NCBI GenBank assembly: GCA_002269645.1
Contig: NIVC01000449.1
Span: forward strand, 1 to 64,000
Length of the DNA stretch: 64,000 bases
Source of the DNA: Macrostomum lignano
Taxonomy: Eukaryota
Direction: 5' to 3'
Made by a program: the position numbers and the translations under genes
In this document: positions 49,857 to 64,000 of the stretch, piece after piece
Position numbering within the stretch: the stretch's first letter is position 1
How the letters are laid out: each line of letters opens with the position of its first letter
Notes under the pieces: model-generated
Told to the model about the DNA's origin: nothing
The model's database searches: none
What the model saw: only the letters and a program-made list of their open reading frames with translations

Positions 49857-50394
49857 CTTACTCATATCTCTGAAGCAATAATTACCCCTCTCTGACACAC
49901 TTCTTTTGACTCTCCACCCAATTTTGAATCTGTCAAAACAAGAAAATATCATTCTTGCATTTCTAGGTCGCTAAGCATGGTGTTAGTCTAGTGGACTGTG
50001 CTTGCATATTTTATAAAGTTTAATAGTACAGAACAGGGAGAGAGATAGAGAGGGAGAGAGAGACATATTATATATAGGAGAGATGAAGACAGGCATTTAA
50101 GATGAGCTCCAGCTCTCTCGTCTAAAAACGGCTGAGTGAAAGGTTTGGATTTTGCTGGCTGAGGTTTTATTTTGCACGGGCTGTTTTTAAGTGCGAGATG
50201 ATGGGGTGTTCTCTGAGACTGTAGGAATCTGGTTTCAATTATTTATTTCAATAATCTCACTTATGTCGCACTTAATCTCCGAATATTTATATTTTTTGAT
50301 GTAAAGAAATTTAATTGTTCAACAGATTTGACAGCTGTGGTGAGATTAGATTGGTAGAGGAGAGAAGGTTATGTATGATTAGGCCTACAGAAGA

Positions 50395-51070
50395 CATAAG
50401 ATTAGATCTACAGAAGCTTAGAGATTAGATCTACAGAAGATAAGAGATTAGATCTACAGAAGACATGAGATTAGATCTACAGAAGATAAGAGATTGGATC
50501 TACAGAATACAGGAGATTAGATCTACACAAGCTAGGAGATTAGATCTACAGAAGCTAAGATATTAGATCTGCAGAAGACATGAGATTAGATCTACACAAG
50601 TTAGGAGATTAGATATCAATAAGCTGAGAGATTAGATCTACAGAAGACAAGAGATTAGATATACAGAAGCTAAGATATTAGATCTACAGAAGACATGAGA
50701 TTAGATCTACAGAAGACAAGAGATTAGATCTAAAGAAGACAAGAGATTAGATCTACAGAAGACAAGAGATTAGATCTACAGAAGACAAGAGATTATATCT
50801 ACAGAAGACAAGAGATTAGATTCTACAGAAGACATGAGATTAGATCTACACAAGCTAGGAGATTAGATATCAATAAGCTGAGAGATTAGATCTTACAGAA
50901 GACAAGAGATTCGATCTACAGAAGACAAGAGATTAGATCTACAGAAGACAAGAGATTAGATCCTACAGAAGACATGAGATTAGATCTACACAAGCTAGGA
51001 GATTAGATATCAATAAACTGAGAGATTAGATCTTACAGAAGACAAGAGATTAGATCTTACAGAAGACAAG
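50395..51070. repeat. 23-bp minisatellite (gagattagatctacagaagacaa)
   Basis: Direct periodicity. Confidence 0.93.
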
Positions 51071-51662
51071 AGAGACTACACCTACACAAGATAGAAGAAG
51101 AGATCTAAACAATATAAAAGATTAGGTATGAAGCAAAACATGAAGAATGTTTTAATAACTAGACAAACATGTCACGTGACTGAGTACTCAAAACTGAAAC
51201 TCAAAGCCCTTTGTCAAAGGCATTAAAGTAATTAGTTTTTCTGAGGGGAAGGGAGGGGAGCAACACGGGAGGGTAACGGTGCCACTTGAGAAAGTAGCGG
51301 CGGGTCCCTACTCGCTACCTGAACCTTTGTGTCCAAGCCTCGCCCCTTGTCATCGCTAGACAAATCTGAGCACGGTGCGGGCGGACGACCCTGGATATTG
51401 AGCAGATTTTTTCCCACACTATGCCTCGCTCTGTGCTCACTGGGTGGGCTCAACACCTTGGATAGGCCGGTTTAGCGAGGCCATACACGCGACCTGATCT
51501 GAGGAGGTCAACAATTTGCTTAATCTGGCGGCTTATAGGGAAACCATAAATGTGCCAATCTGTGTATGGACTGATTTACTGATAATTTTGTCGCTGCTCG
51601 TATGGCTTCTCATTCCTCATCAAGACTGCTAGGCATGGCTCAGCATCTTTCAGTGTGCCCAC

Positions 51663-52530
51663 GTCTCCCTCTCACCTCTGTCTCCCTCTCACCTCTGTCT
51701 CCCTCTCACCTCTGTCTCCCTCTCACACCTCTGTCTCTCTCTCACCTCTGTCTCCCTCTCACACCTCTGTCTCCCTCTCACATCTGCCTCCCTCTCACCA
51801 CTGTCTCCCTCTCACCTATCTGTCTCCCTCTCACCTATCTGTCTCCCTCTAACCTCTCTGTCTCCCTCTTACCCCTCTGTCTCCCTCTCACCTCTGTATC
51901 CCTCTCACACCTCTGTCTCCCTCTCACCTCTGTCTCCCTCTCACCTCTGTCTCCCTCTCACCTCTGTCTCCCTCTCACCTCTGTATCCCTCTCACACCTC
52001 TGTCTCCCTCTCACCTCTGTCTCCCTCTCACACCTCTGTCTCCCTCTCACCTCTGTCTCCCTCTCACCTCTGTCTCCCTCTCACCTCTGTCCCCCTCTCA
52101 CCTCTGTCTCCCTCTCACCTCTGTCTCCCTCTCACCTCTCTGTCTCCCTCTCACACCTCTGTCTCCCTCTCACCTCTGTCTCCCTCTCACACCTCTGTCT
52201 CCCTCTCACACCTCTGTCTCCCTCTCACAACTCTGTCTCCCTCTCACCTCTCTGTCTCCCTCTCACACCTCTGTCTCCCTCTCACCTCTGTCTCCCTCTC
52301 ACCTCTGTCCCCCTCTCACCTCTGTCTCCCTCTCACCTCTCTGTCTCCCTCTCACACCTCTGTCTCCCTCTCACCTCTGTCTCCCTCTCACACCTCTGTC
52401 TCCCTCTCACACCTCTGTCTCCCTCTCACACCTCTGTCTCCCTCTCACCTCTCTGTCTCCCTCTCACACCTCTGTCTTTATCTCAGCTGTCTTTATCTCA
52501 CCCTGTCTCTATCTCACCCCTATCTCCCTC
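51663..52530. repeat. 17-19-bp pyrimidine satellite (tctcacctctgtctccc)
   Basis: Direct. Confidence 0.93.
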
Positions 52531-53319
52531 TCCCTCGTCACTCCAGTCTTAGATTTTCATATCCCCATGGGAGCATCCTGAAGTACCACATCAGGTTGTG
52601 CTGCTATCTGCTTCAACCTGCTTTGCCTGTTAAACCGTCCATCTCTCTTTTGCGTCTTTTCAAATTTCTGACCGTCAGTGCTCTGCCCGTCTCATGGACT
52701 TGCCCTGAGTAGGTTTTCTCTCAGAGAGTTAGTTATAGGAAGACTAATGCCTGAGCCTTACAGATTTCGGGAAAGATTAAAGCCAGGAGATGCCTGGGGG
52801 CGTTCTCTCCATCCCGAAACCTCCCCCCTTAAGATTCCAAGACAGCCTCCAGTCTTTTAATAGCCAGTGTAGCCCTCGCAGAAGCAGAGCCAGAGCTGCT
52901 TCTGGCTTTCTAGAAGCAGAGACTGACAGGCCTGAAGTGGGAGAAACACAGCCGATGCAGTGGGGAAGAGCCGGATTAATAGGTAAGTGAGACTGTTTGA
53001 TGAGGCTGAGGAAAGAAAAATCCATTGAGTAATTGAGGTTGGATTGAATGGTTTGGTTGGTGAGGGTCAGATGAGAGGATTTCAAAATGTGAATAATTGC
53101 AATTTGTACTTGAATAATAGAAAAGATAAGGAAAAATATGATAAGGTAATAAGTGAGGTGAGATATGTGAGATTATATATAAGAAGAGAGAGAGAGAGAG
53201 CAACTAATGTATTAAACAAGGAATAGATAAATGAAATGAAATTGAAAGACAAAATAAAGGAATGAAAATTTACAGAAAAAATAAAATACGAGAAATGAAA
53301 AAGAGGAGAGATGAGAGAT

Positions 53320-56995
<3,676 letters not shown>

Positions 56996-57739
56996 GAGGT
57001 TCAATCACCTGCAGGATCTCCCGTGGCTCGCAGTGTTTTCGCATGGCTGCTCCATCCGTTGAACAAAAATTTCATTTTGCTAAAAATCTCTTCTGGTTTT
57101 TCTGGCCGTGCGCAAGATTGCTGCTGCTGTGGCTGCTTTTAAAATTCAAAAGTGAATTTTATCTCGAAAATTTTTTATCAAGCCTTTTAATTTTATAAAG
57201 CTTTCAGAGACCTGATCTGTTCCTATGTTAAGAAACACCCCCATAAACATATTGCCAAAATATTTTCGTCCCTCGAGTTCGGAAGCGTCAATATTTTCCA
57301 GGAAAAAGATTAGCCACTGCGCAGGACATTCGCTGTAAATACAGACAGACAGACTCTCGCACTGACACGCATTGGGAATAGCGAGGACATTGACAAGGAT
57401 AAAATCTAGGATTTAAGATGAGGCAATGTACAGATTTTGCTCTCAAATTTTATCCTATGCATGATGGATGCATGCAAATCTCAGTGGATTTTTGCTACTT
57501 ATGAGGCTTCTCAGGCTCCTTATCGTCTCCTACACTTAGCAAGGAGGATTTTGTAGCAGAAATTTTCAGTCCTCGAAGTTGTAGGAAAATATGCCGCTGT
57601 AAGGAAACTGATGTTGGAGTAGGGAGACTGGGCGTGTGTGCTTCCCTACCTGCCTTCTGGTATTAATCAACTTTTGAGGGCTAATTCACGTATCGAAAGA
57701 GTACGGCTGCTACTTTGCTAGGCTAGTAGAGGCATGGCA

Positions 57740-60280
57740 GATACGGGAGGTGAGAGATGACAGATAAGAAATGAAGGGTGAGATATGACACGTGAGATAT
57801 AACAGAGGAGATATGACAGGTGAGATATGACGGGTGAGATATAACAGATGAGATATGACAGGTGAGATATGACGGGTGAGATATAACAATTAAGATATAA
57901 CAGATGAGATATGACAGGTGAGATATGACCCGTGAGATATGACACGTGAGATATGACAGGTGAAATAGGACAGGTGAGATATGACAGGTGAGATATGACA
58001 GGTGAGATATGACAGGTGAGATATGACAGGTGAGATATGACAGGTGAGATATGACAGGTGAGATATGACAGGTGAGATTGTACAGGTGAGAAATGACAGG
58101 TGAAAAATGACAGTTGAGAAATGACAGGTGAGATATGACAGGTGAGATAAGACAGGTGAGATATGACAGGTGAGAAATGACAGGTGAGATATGACAGGTG
58201 AGAAATGACAGGTGAGATATGACAGGTGAGATATGGCAGGTGAGAAATGACAGTTGAGAAATGACAGGTGAGAAATGACAGGTGAGATATGACAGGTGAG
58301 AAATGACAGGTGAGAAATGACAGGTGAGATATGACAGGTGAGATATGACAGGTGAGAAATGACAGTTGAGAAATGACAGGTGAGATATGACAGGTGAGAT
58401 ATGACAGGTGAGATATGACAGGTGAGATATGACAGTTGAGAAATGACAGGTGAGATATGACAGTTGAGAAATGACAGGTGAGAAATGACAGGTGAGATAT
58501 GACAGTTGAGAAATGACAGGTGAGATATGACAGTTGAGAAATGACAGGTGAAAAATGACAGTTGAGAAATGACAGGTGAGAAATGACAGGTGAGATATGA
58601 CAGGTGAGAAATGACAGGTGAGAAATGACAGGTGAGATATGACAGGTGAGATATGACAGGTGAGATATGACAGGTGAGAAATGACAGTTGAGAAATGACA
58701 GGTGAGATATGACAGGTGAGATATGACAGGTGAGATATGACAGGTGAGATATGACAGTTGAGAAATGACAGGTGAAAAATAACAGGTGAGATATGACAGG
58801 TGAGATATGACAGGTGAGATATGACAGGTGAGATATGACAGGTGAGATATGACAGGTGAGATATGACAGGTGAGATATGACAGGTGAGAAATGACAGGTG
58901 AGATATGACAGTTGAGAAATGACAGGTGAGAAATGACAGGTGAGATATGACAGTTGAGAAATGACAGGTGAGAAATGACAGGTGAGATATGACAGTTGAG
59001 AAATGACAGGTGAGAAATAACAGGTGAGATATGACAGGTGAGAAATGACAGGTGAGATATGACAGGTGAGAAATGACAGGTGAGAAATGACAGGTGAGAT
59101 ATGACAGGTGAGATATGACAGGTGAGATATGACAGGTGAGAAATGACAGGTGAGATATGACAGGTGAGATATGACAGGTGAGAAATGACAGGTGATAAAA
59201 GACAGGTGATAAAAGACAGGTAAGATATGACAGGTGAGATATGACAGGTGAGATATGACAGGTGAGATATGACAGGTGAGATATGACAGGTGAGATATGA
59301 CAGGTGAGATATGACAGGTGAAATAGGACAGGTGAGATATGACAGGTGAGATATGACAGGTGAGATATGACAGGTGAGAAATGACAGTTGAGAAATGACA
59401 GGTGAGATATGACAGGTGAGATATGACAGGTGAGAAATGACAGGTGAGAAATGACAGGTGAGATATGACAGGTGAGATATGACAGGTGAGAAATGACAGT
59501 TGAAAAATGACAGGTGAGATATGACAGGTGAGATATGACAGGTGAGATATGACAGGTGAGATATGACAGTTGAGAAATGACAGGTGAGATATGACAGTTG
59601 AGAAATGACAGGTGAGAAATGACAGGTGAGATATGACAGTTGAGAAATGACAGGTGAGATATGACAGTTGAGAAATGACAGGTGAAAAATGACAGTTGAG
59701 AAATGACAGGTGAGAAATGACAGGTGAGATATGACAGGTGAGAAATGACAGGTGAGAAATGACAGGTGAGATATGACAGTTGAGAATTGACAGGTGAGAA
59801 ATAACAGGTGAGATATGATAGGTGAGATATGACAGGTGAAATAGGACAGGTGAGATATGACAGCTGAGATATGACAGGTGAGATATGACAGTTGAGAAAT
59901 GACAGGTGAGATATGACAGTTGAGAAATGACAGGTGAGAAATGACAGGTGAGATATGACAGGTGAGAAATGACAGGTGAGATATGACAGGTGAGATATGA
60001 CAGGTGAGAAATGACAGGTGAGATATGACAGGTGAGATATGACAGGTGAGATATGACAGGTGAGAAATGACAGGTGAGATATGACAGGTGAGATATGACA
60101 GTTGAGAAATGACAGGTGAGAAATGACAGGTGAGAAATGACAGGTGAGATATGACAGTTGAGAAATGACAGGTGAGAAATAACAGGTGAGATATGACTGG
60201 TGAGAAATGACAGGTGATAAAAGACAGGTGAGATATGACAGGTGAAATAGGACAGGTGAGATATGACAGGTGAGATATGA
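57740..60280. repeat. 14-bp satellite (atgacaggtgagat / atgacaggtgagaa), ~180 copies
   Basis: Direct periodicity. Confidence 0.96.
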
Positions 60281-60837
60281 GTGATAAAATATGAGAGATG
60301 AGAAATGAGAAATGTTAGATGGAATATGAAAGTAGGTAAATATAGATATGTAAGTAGGTAATTTACAGTTGGTAGGTTGATAGATACATCGGTAGATTTT
60401 TAGTTAGATTAGGTAGGCAAGTAATTATTAGTAAATATTTAGGTAACACAGATAAAACGGTTAGGTGAACTCATCTTAATGCAGTTAAAATCATTTAAAG
60501 TACATTTCCAATTCTCAGTTCTCTCTAAATAATTATTTAGCGGAATCCCTGGCCAGCTGTGGTCAAAGTCTGTCCGTGAAAGTGCATTCCTATGAGTAGC
60601 AAATACTTGGGAGGGACGGCCTGCCTGACGGAGTCACTCAAAAAAACTTGACTTAATTTTACCACTCAGCGATGATATTTGAATGACAGATCACTTGAGG
60701 ATGAGGAAAGAGTGATGAGTTAGCTGTACATGTCCTTGATCTAAGTGCAAGCACTGTTAGCCTTTGGGGATCTAATTGTAATTGATTTTGAGTGCATTTA
60801 CTACCCATAATGTAATGAAAATACAGTAGATAAAGTT

Positions 60838-60995
60838 CCCGATATGTATCGAAAATCACTTTAGTTATGATGCCCGATATGTATCGAAAATCACTTTAGT
60901 TATGATGTCCGATATGTATCGAAAATCACTTTAGTTATGATGTCCGATATGTATCGAAAATCACTTTAGTTATGAAGTCCGATATGTATCGAAAT
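60838..60995. repeat. 35-bp minisatellite (ccgatatgtatcgaaaatcactttagttatgatgt), ~4.5 copies
   Basis: Direct periodicity. Confidence 0.92.
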
Positions 60996-61844
60996 TAAAC
61001 ACTTGAATTTACGGTGGTTGAGAGTTTAAAATTCAATTTAGGAAGTGTGTTTTATAACAAATTTAACGAACCATTTAAACCGGCTTTTCGAATGCATCTC
61101 ATTAGAGCAGCGGCTTCCCCAGGTTCCAGTCCCCAAGTTTTAATCCTCTCTCTGTGCCTTCCTTCTCATCATTTCTCGGATTACAAATTATTTGAGACTA
61201 ATAACAAATTTTTGCCAGCGACCCGACTCCATGTGCGAGCACTGCTCCATTTTATGGCTTAGCGGTGACTCACACGAAGCTGGGCTACATCATGTTGATG
61301 AAGTTGATTCTGTGCACGCGGAAAAAGGCAGCCAGTCGGTGCAACTCCCCCCGGGCCGCACAGCTGGGACCCCAGATGTTTTGTGCGTAGGCGATGCCAG
61401 GCTAAAAGATGACAATCAAGTCGGGCAGCTGCCTCCCTATCCCTGGCATTGGATCGTGTTTAATTATTAGCAGGTCTCTGTGTCACGCAATGCCTCTTGG
61501 CAGTTGTTCAATCACGTGACTTGTGACTCGGGCATCGCTTCTACTGACTGTTCCATTTTTTTCTATTCCCACAAGGTGAATTTTAAAAATTTAAAATCTA
61601 ATTCACTTGTTAACCATCCACCTGTGACCAGTTAATTCCATTCAATCTTTCCTTTCGAAGCTTTTCAAATAGGTTATCAGGCCTTTAGGCTAATGAGTTC
61701 TAATCCCAGATGGCACGTGTTGCCAGTCTCCATTGCTTGCTTCTTTGTCTTCTTTGCAAACCTGCCTTCCTCGGATTCTGATACAAATCAGTCTGATAAA
61801 ATATCCTGTGCCCTGAGAGCTCTAGCGAGATGAAGAGACAGATA

Positions 61845-62056
61845 GGGAGAGAGATAGGGAGAGAGATGGGGAGAGAGATGGGGAGAGAGATGGGGAGACA
61901 GATGGGGAGAGAGATGGGGAGAGAGATGGGGAGAGAGATGGGGAGAGAGATGGGGAGAGAGATGGGGAGAGAGATGGGGAGAGAGATGGGGAGAGAGATG
62001 GGAGAGAGATGGGGAGAGAGATGGGAGAGAGATGGGGAGAGAGATGGGGAGAGAGA
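61845..62056. repeat. 12-bp purine repeat (gggagagagatg)
   Basis: Direct. Confidence 0.93.
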
Positions 62057-62641
62057 TGTGAAGAAACAAGAAGATAAGGGTGAGAAGGGACAGAAACAAA
62101 AAGGCAGAGAACAGGGTGGAAAGAGATTCAGTGGGCACAGATAAGGAGAAGGAGATTTAATAAAAGAGTGGCAGACCGAACAGCATTCAGTAGATGGCAG
62201 TGAAGCAGTCAATATAATCTGGTCAGCCAAAGTCGTTGGGTCTCATTGGGCAGCCAACTGCCTTCAGATTGGGTGCTCCAAAAATAGGCAAACGTGAGTT
62301 GGTGCAGATTGAGGGCCGGCCGCGGAGCTGAGGGCCTCTCACACGAGGCTGATAGAAAATCAGTTGGCCCAGTGCTGCCTGGGGTGCTGGAAACGGTAGC
62401 TGGACCGGCTGCTTTGCTTGAGAGAAAAGTTCTCCACAAATTGCCCGGCTGTTCTCCTAGAGGGAAGGAACTGTTCTGGTCGAAATTGAGCTCACAGTGT
62501 GTGCGCTCCCTGTGAACTATTGGATTTCAGGAAAGTGGCCGGTCTTTGCTAACCAGCCTGGGGTGGCCAATGCGACATTGAACTGGAAGCTGGAGTGCCA
62601 AGTCTTGGCTCAAAAACTCATTTTCAGGCATTATAGGACTC

Positions 62642-62674
<33 letters not shown>

Positions 62675-62675
62675 T

Positions 62676-63415
62676 AGATAGCGAGAAAGAGCGAGCGAAG
62701 CGAGCTCTTTCGAGCTTGCTTGTCGCAGCCAATCAAGCTGAATGCACGCACACAAGATCACCGGAAACGATTAAGGCAGCTGGAAAGCCAATGGGCGCGG
62801 TAAGCGCTTTTATCCAGAGGAACTACCTGCTGGAACCAGCTATGCCGAACGAAAATCAGACTACTCAAGTAGTGCAAAAGAGTGCGAGCAACTACCGAGA
62901 AATCTAATTTTCGTAACCGCTCCGGTGCAGGTCCTGGCAATAGATGGTAGATAGCGAGAAAGAGCGAGCGAAGCGAGCTCTTTCGAGCTTGCATGCCGCA
63001 GCCAATCAAGCTGAATGCACGCACACAAGATCACCGGAAACGATTAAGGCAGCTGGAAAGCCAATGGGCGCGGTAAGCGCTTTTATCCAGAGGAACTACC
63101 TGCTGGAACCAGCTATGCCGAACGAAAATCAGACTACTCAAGTAGTGCAAAAGAGTGCGAGCAACTACCGAGAAATCTAATTTTCGTAACCGCTCCGGTG
63201 CAGGTCCTGGCAATAGATGGTAGATAGCGAGAAAGAGCGAGCGAAGCGAGCTCTTTCGAGCTTGCATGCCGCAGCCAATCAAGCTGAATGCACGCACACA
63301 AGATCACCGGAAACGATTAAGGCAGCTGGAAAGCCAATGGGCGCGGTAAGCGCTTTTATCCAGAGGAACTACCTGCTGGAACCAGCTATGCCGAACGAAA
63401 ATCAGACTACTCAGA
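62676..63415. repeat. 273-bp tandem repeat (~2.7 copies) between two (GATA)n tracts
   Basis: Identical ORFs are offset by 273 nt (62758/63031; 62944/63217). Confidence 0.95.
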
Positions 63416-63425
63416 CTACTCAGAC

Positions 63426-63461
<36 letters not shown>

Positions 63462-63789
63462 CAGTTCAGCCACAGGCCATATTGGTTTGGTTTCAGTCCC
63501 CTTGAAATCTGGGCTACTGATAACATTGGGTCAGAAAAAAGTGACAGGTGATATTGATTTACTATCTGAGCAGGGCAGGCAGTGCAAGCGTACTTACCCA
63601 TACCTATTTCCCACCTGCTTGACAGACATATTGCCGGTCGGAGTTGGAGAACAGGTCACGAGATTTTCATTGCATATTGAGTTGAAATGGAGACCTGTCA
63701 TGTAAGTGTGGACAACCCCATGTTGAAGTGGGCGTCCAGTTGATCAACTGAACAATTTTTTCTGACTGTGGACACCCTTATCTTCATAT

Positions 63790-64000
63790 GGATACCTTTT
63801 TCCAATGGACGCCCCTACACTATAGTGGACACCCCAGTCCTCTGGTGGACACCTTAGTCCTATAGTGGACATTCAGTACTATAGTGGACACCCTAATCCT
63901 ATAGTGGACACCCAATCCTATAGTGGACACCGCAGTCCTGTGGTGGACACCTTAGTCCTATAGTGGACACCCAATCCTATAGTGGACACCGCAGTCCTGT
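63790..64000. repeat. 20-21-bp minisatellite (ctatagtggacacc core), running off the window end
   Basis: Direct periodicity. Confidence 0.9.

Noticed and set aside
60530-62520. Minus-strand exon candidates (e.g. ~61276-61401, ~62209-62480); similar candidates at ~25019-25104, ~40234-40316, ~44770-45027 and ~52880-52982
   Set aside because: Plausible splice signals exist, but no phase-consistent chain or recognisable domain could be built by eye. RNA-seq is needed.

Overview
Eukaryotic (animal) genomic DNA. It has GT-AG introns and very dense micro- and minisatellites, roughly half the window by eye. The style resembles the flatworm Macrostomum lignano, but this is inference only. No rRNA, true tRNA or CRISPR array was found. 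Main content: (1) a three-exon + strand gene (9406-17369) fusing ankyrin repeats to a cGAS-like/Mab-21 nucleotidyltransferase (cGLR family). It has an intact-looking GS...DID motif, a 1-nt frameshift in an A8 run and in-frame internal duplications. Positions 1-600 are a diverged copy of its 3' flank, implying a tandem cluster. (2) A divergently oriented DUF4806/BEN-like gene (7309-8816, - strand). (3) An apparently intact 3.0-kb Chapaev (CMC) DNA transposon with 133-bp TIRs, a TTAG target duplication and a 664-aa transposase bearing a RAG1-N-like Chapa zinc finger. (4) A 3' fragment of a Penelope-like element with a candidate minimal hammerhead ribozyme. (5) A tRNA-derived SINE with TSD, a TA-flanked MITE and a foldback inverted repeat. 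(6) A multi-exon coiled-coil/spectrin-like gene whose introns are largely filled by different satellites. Most ORFs in the supplied track are satellite read-throughs.
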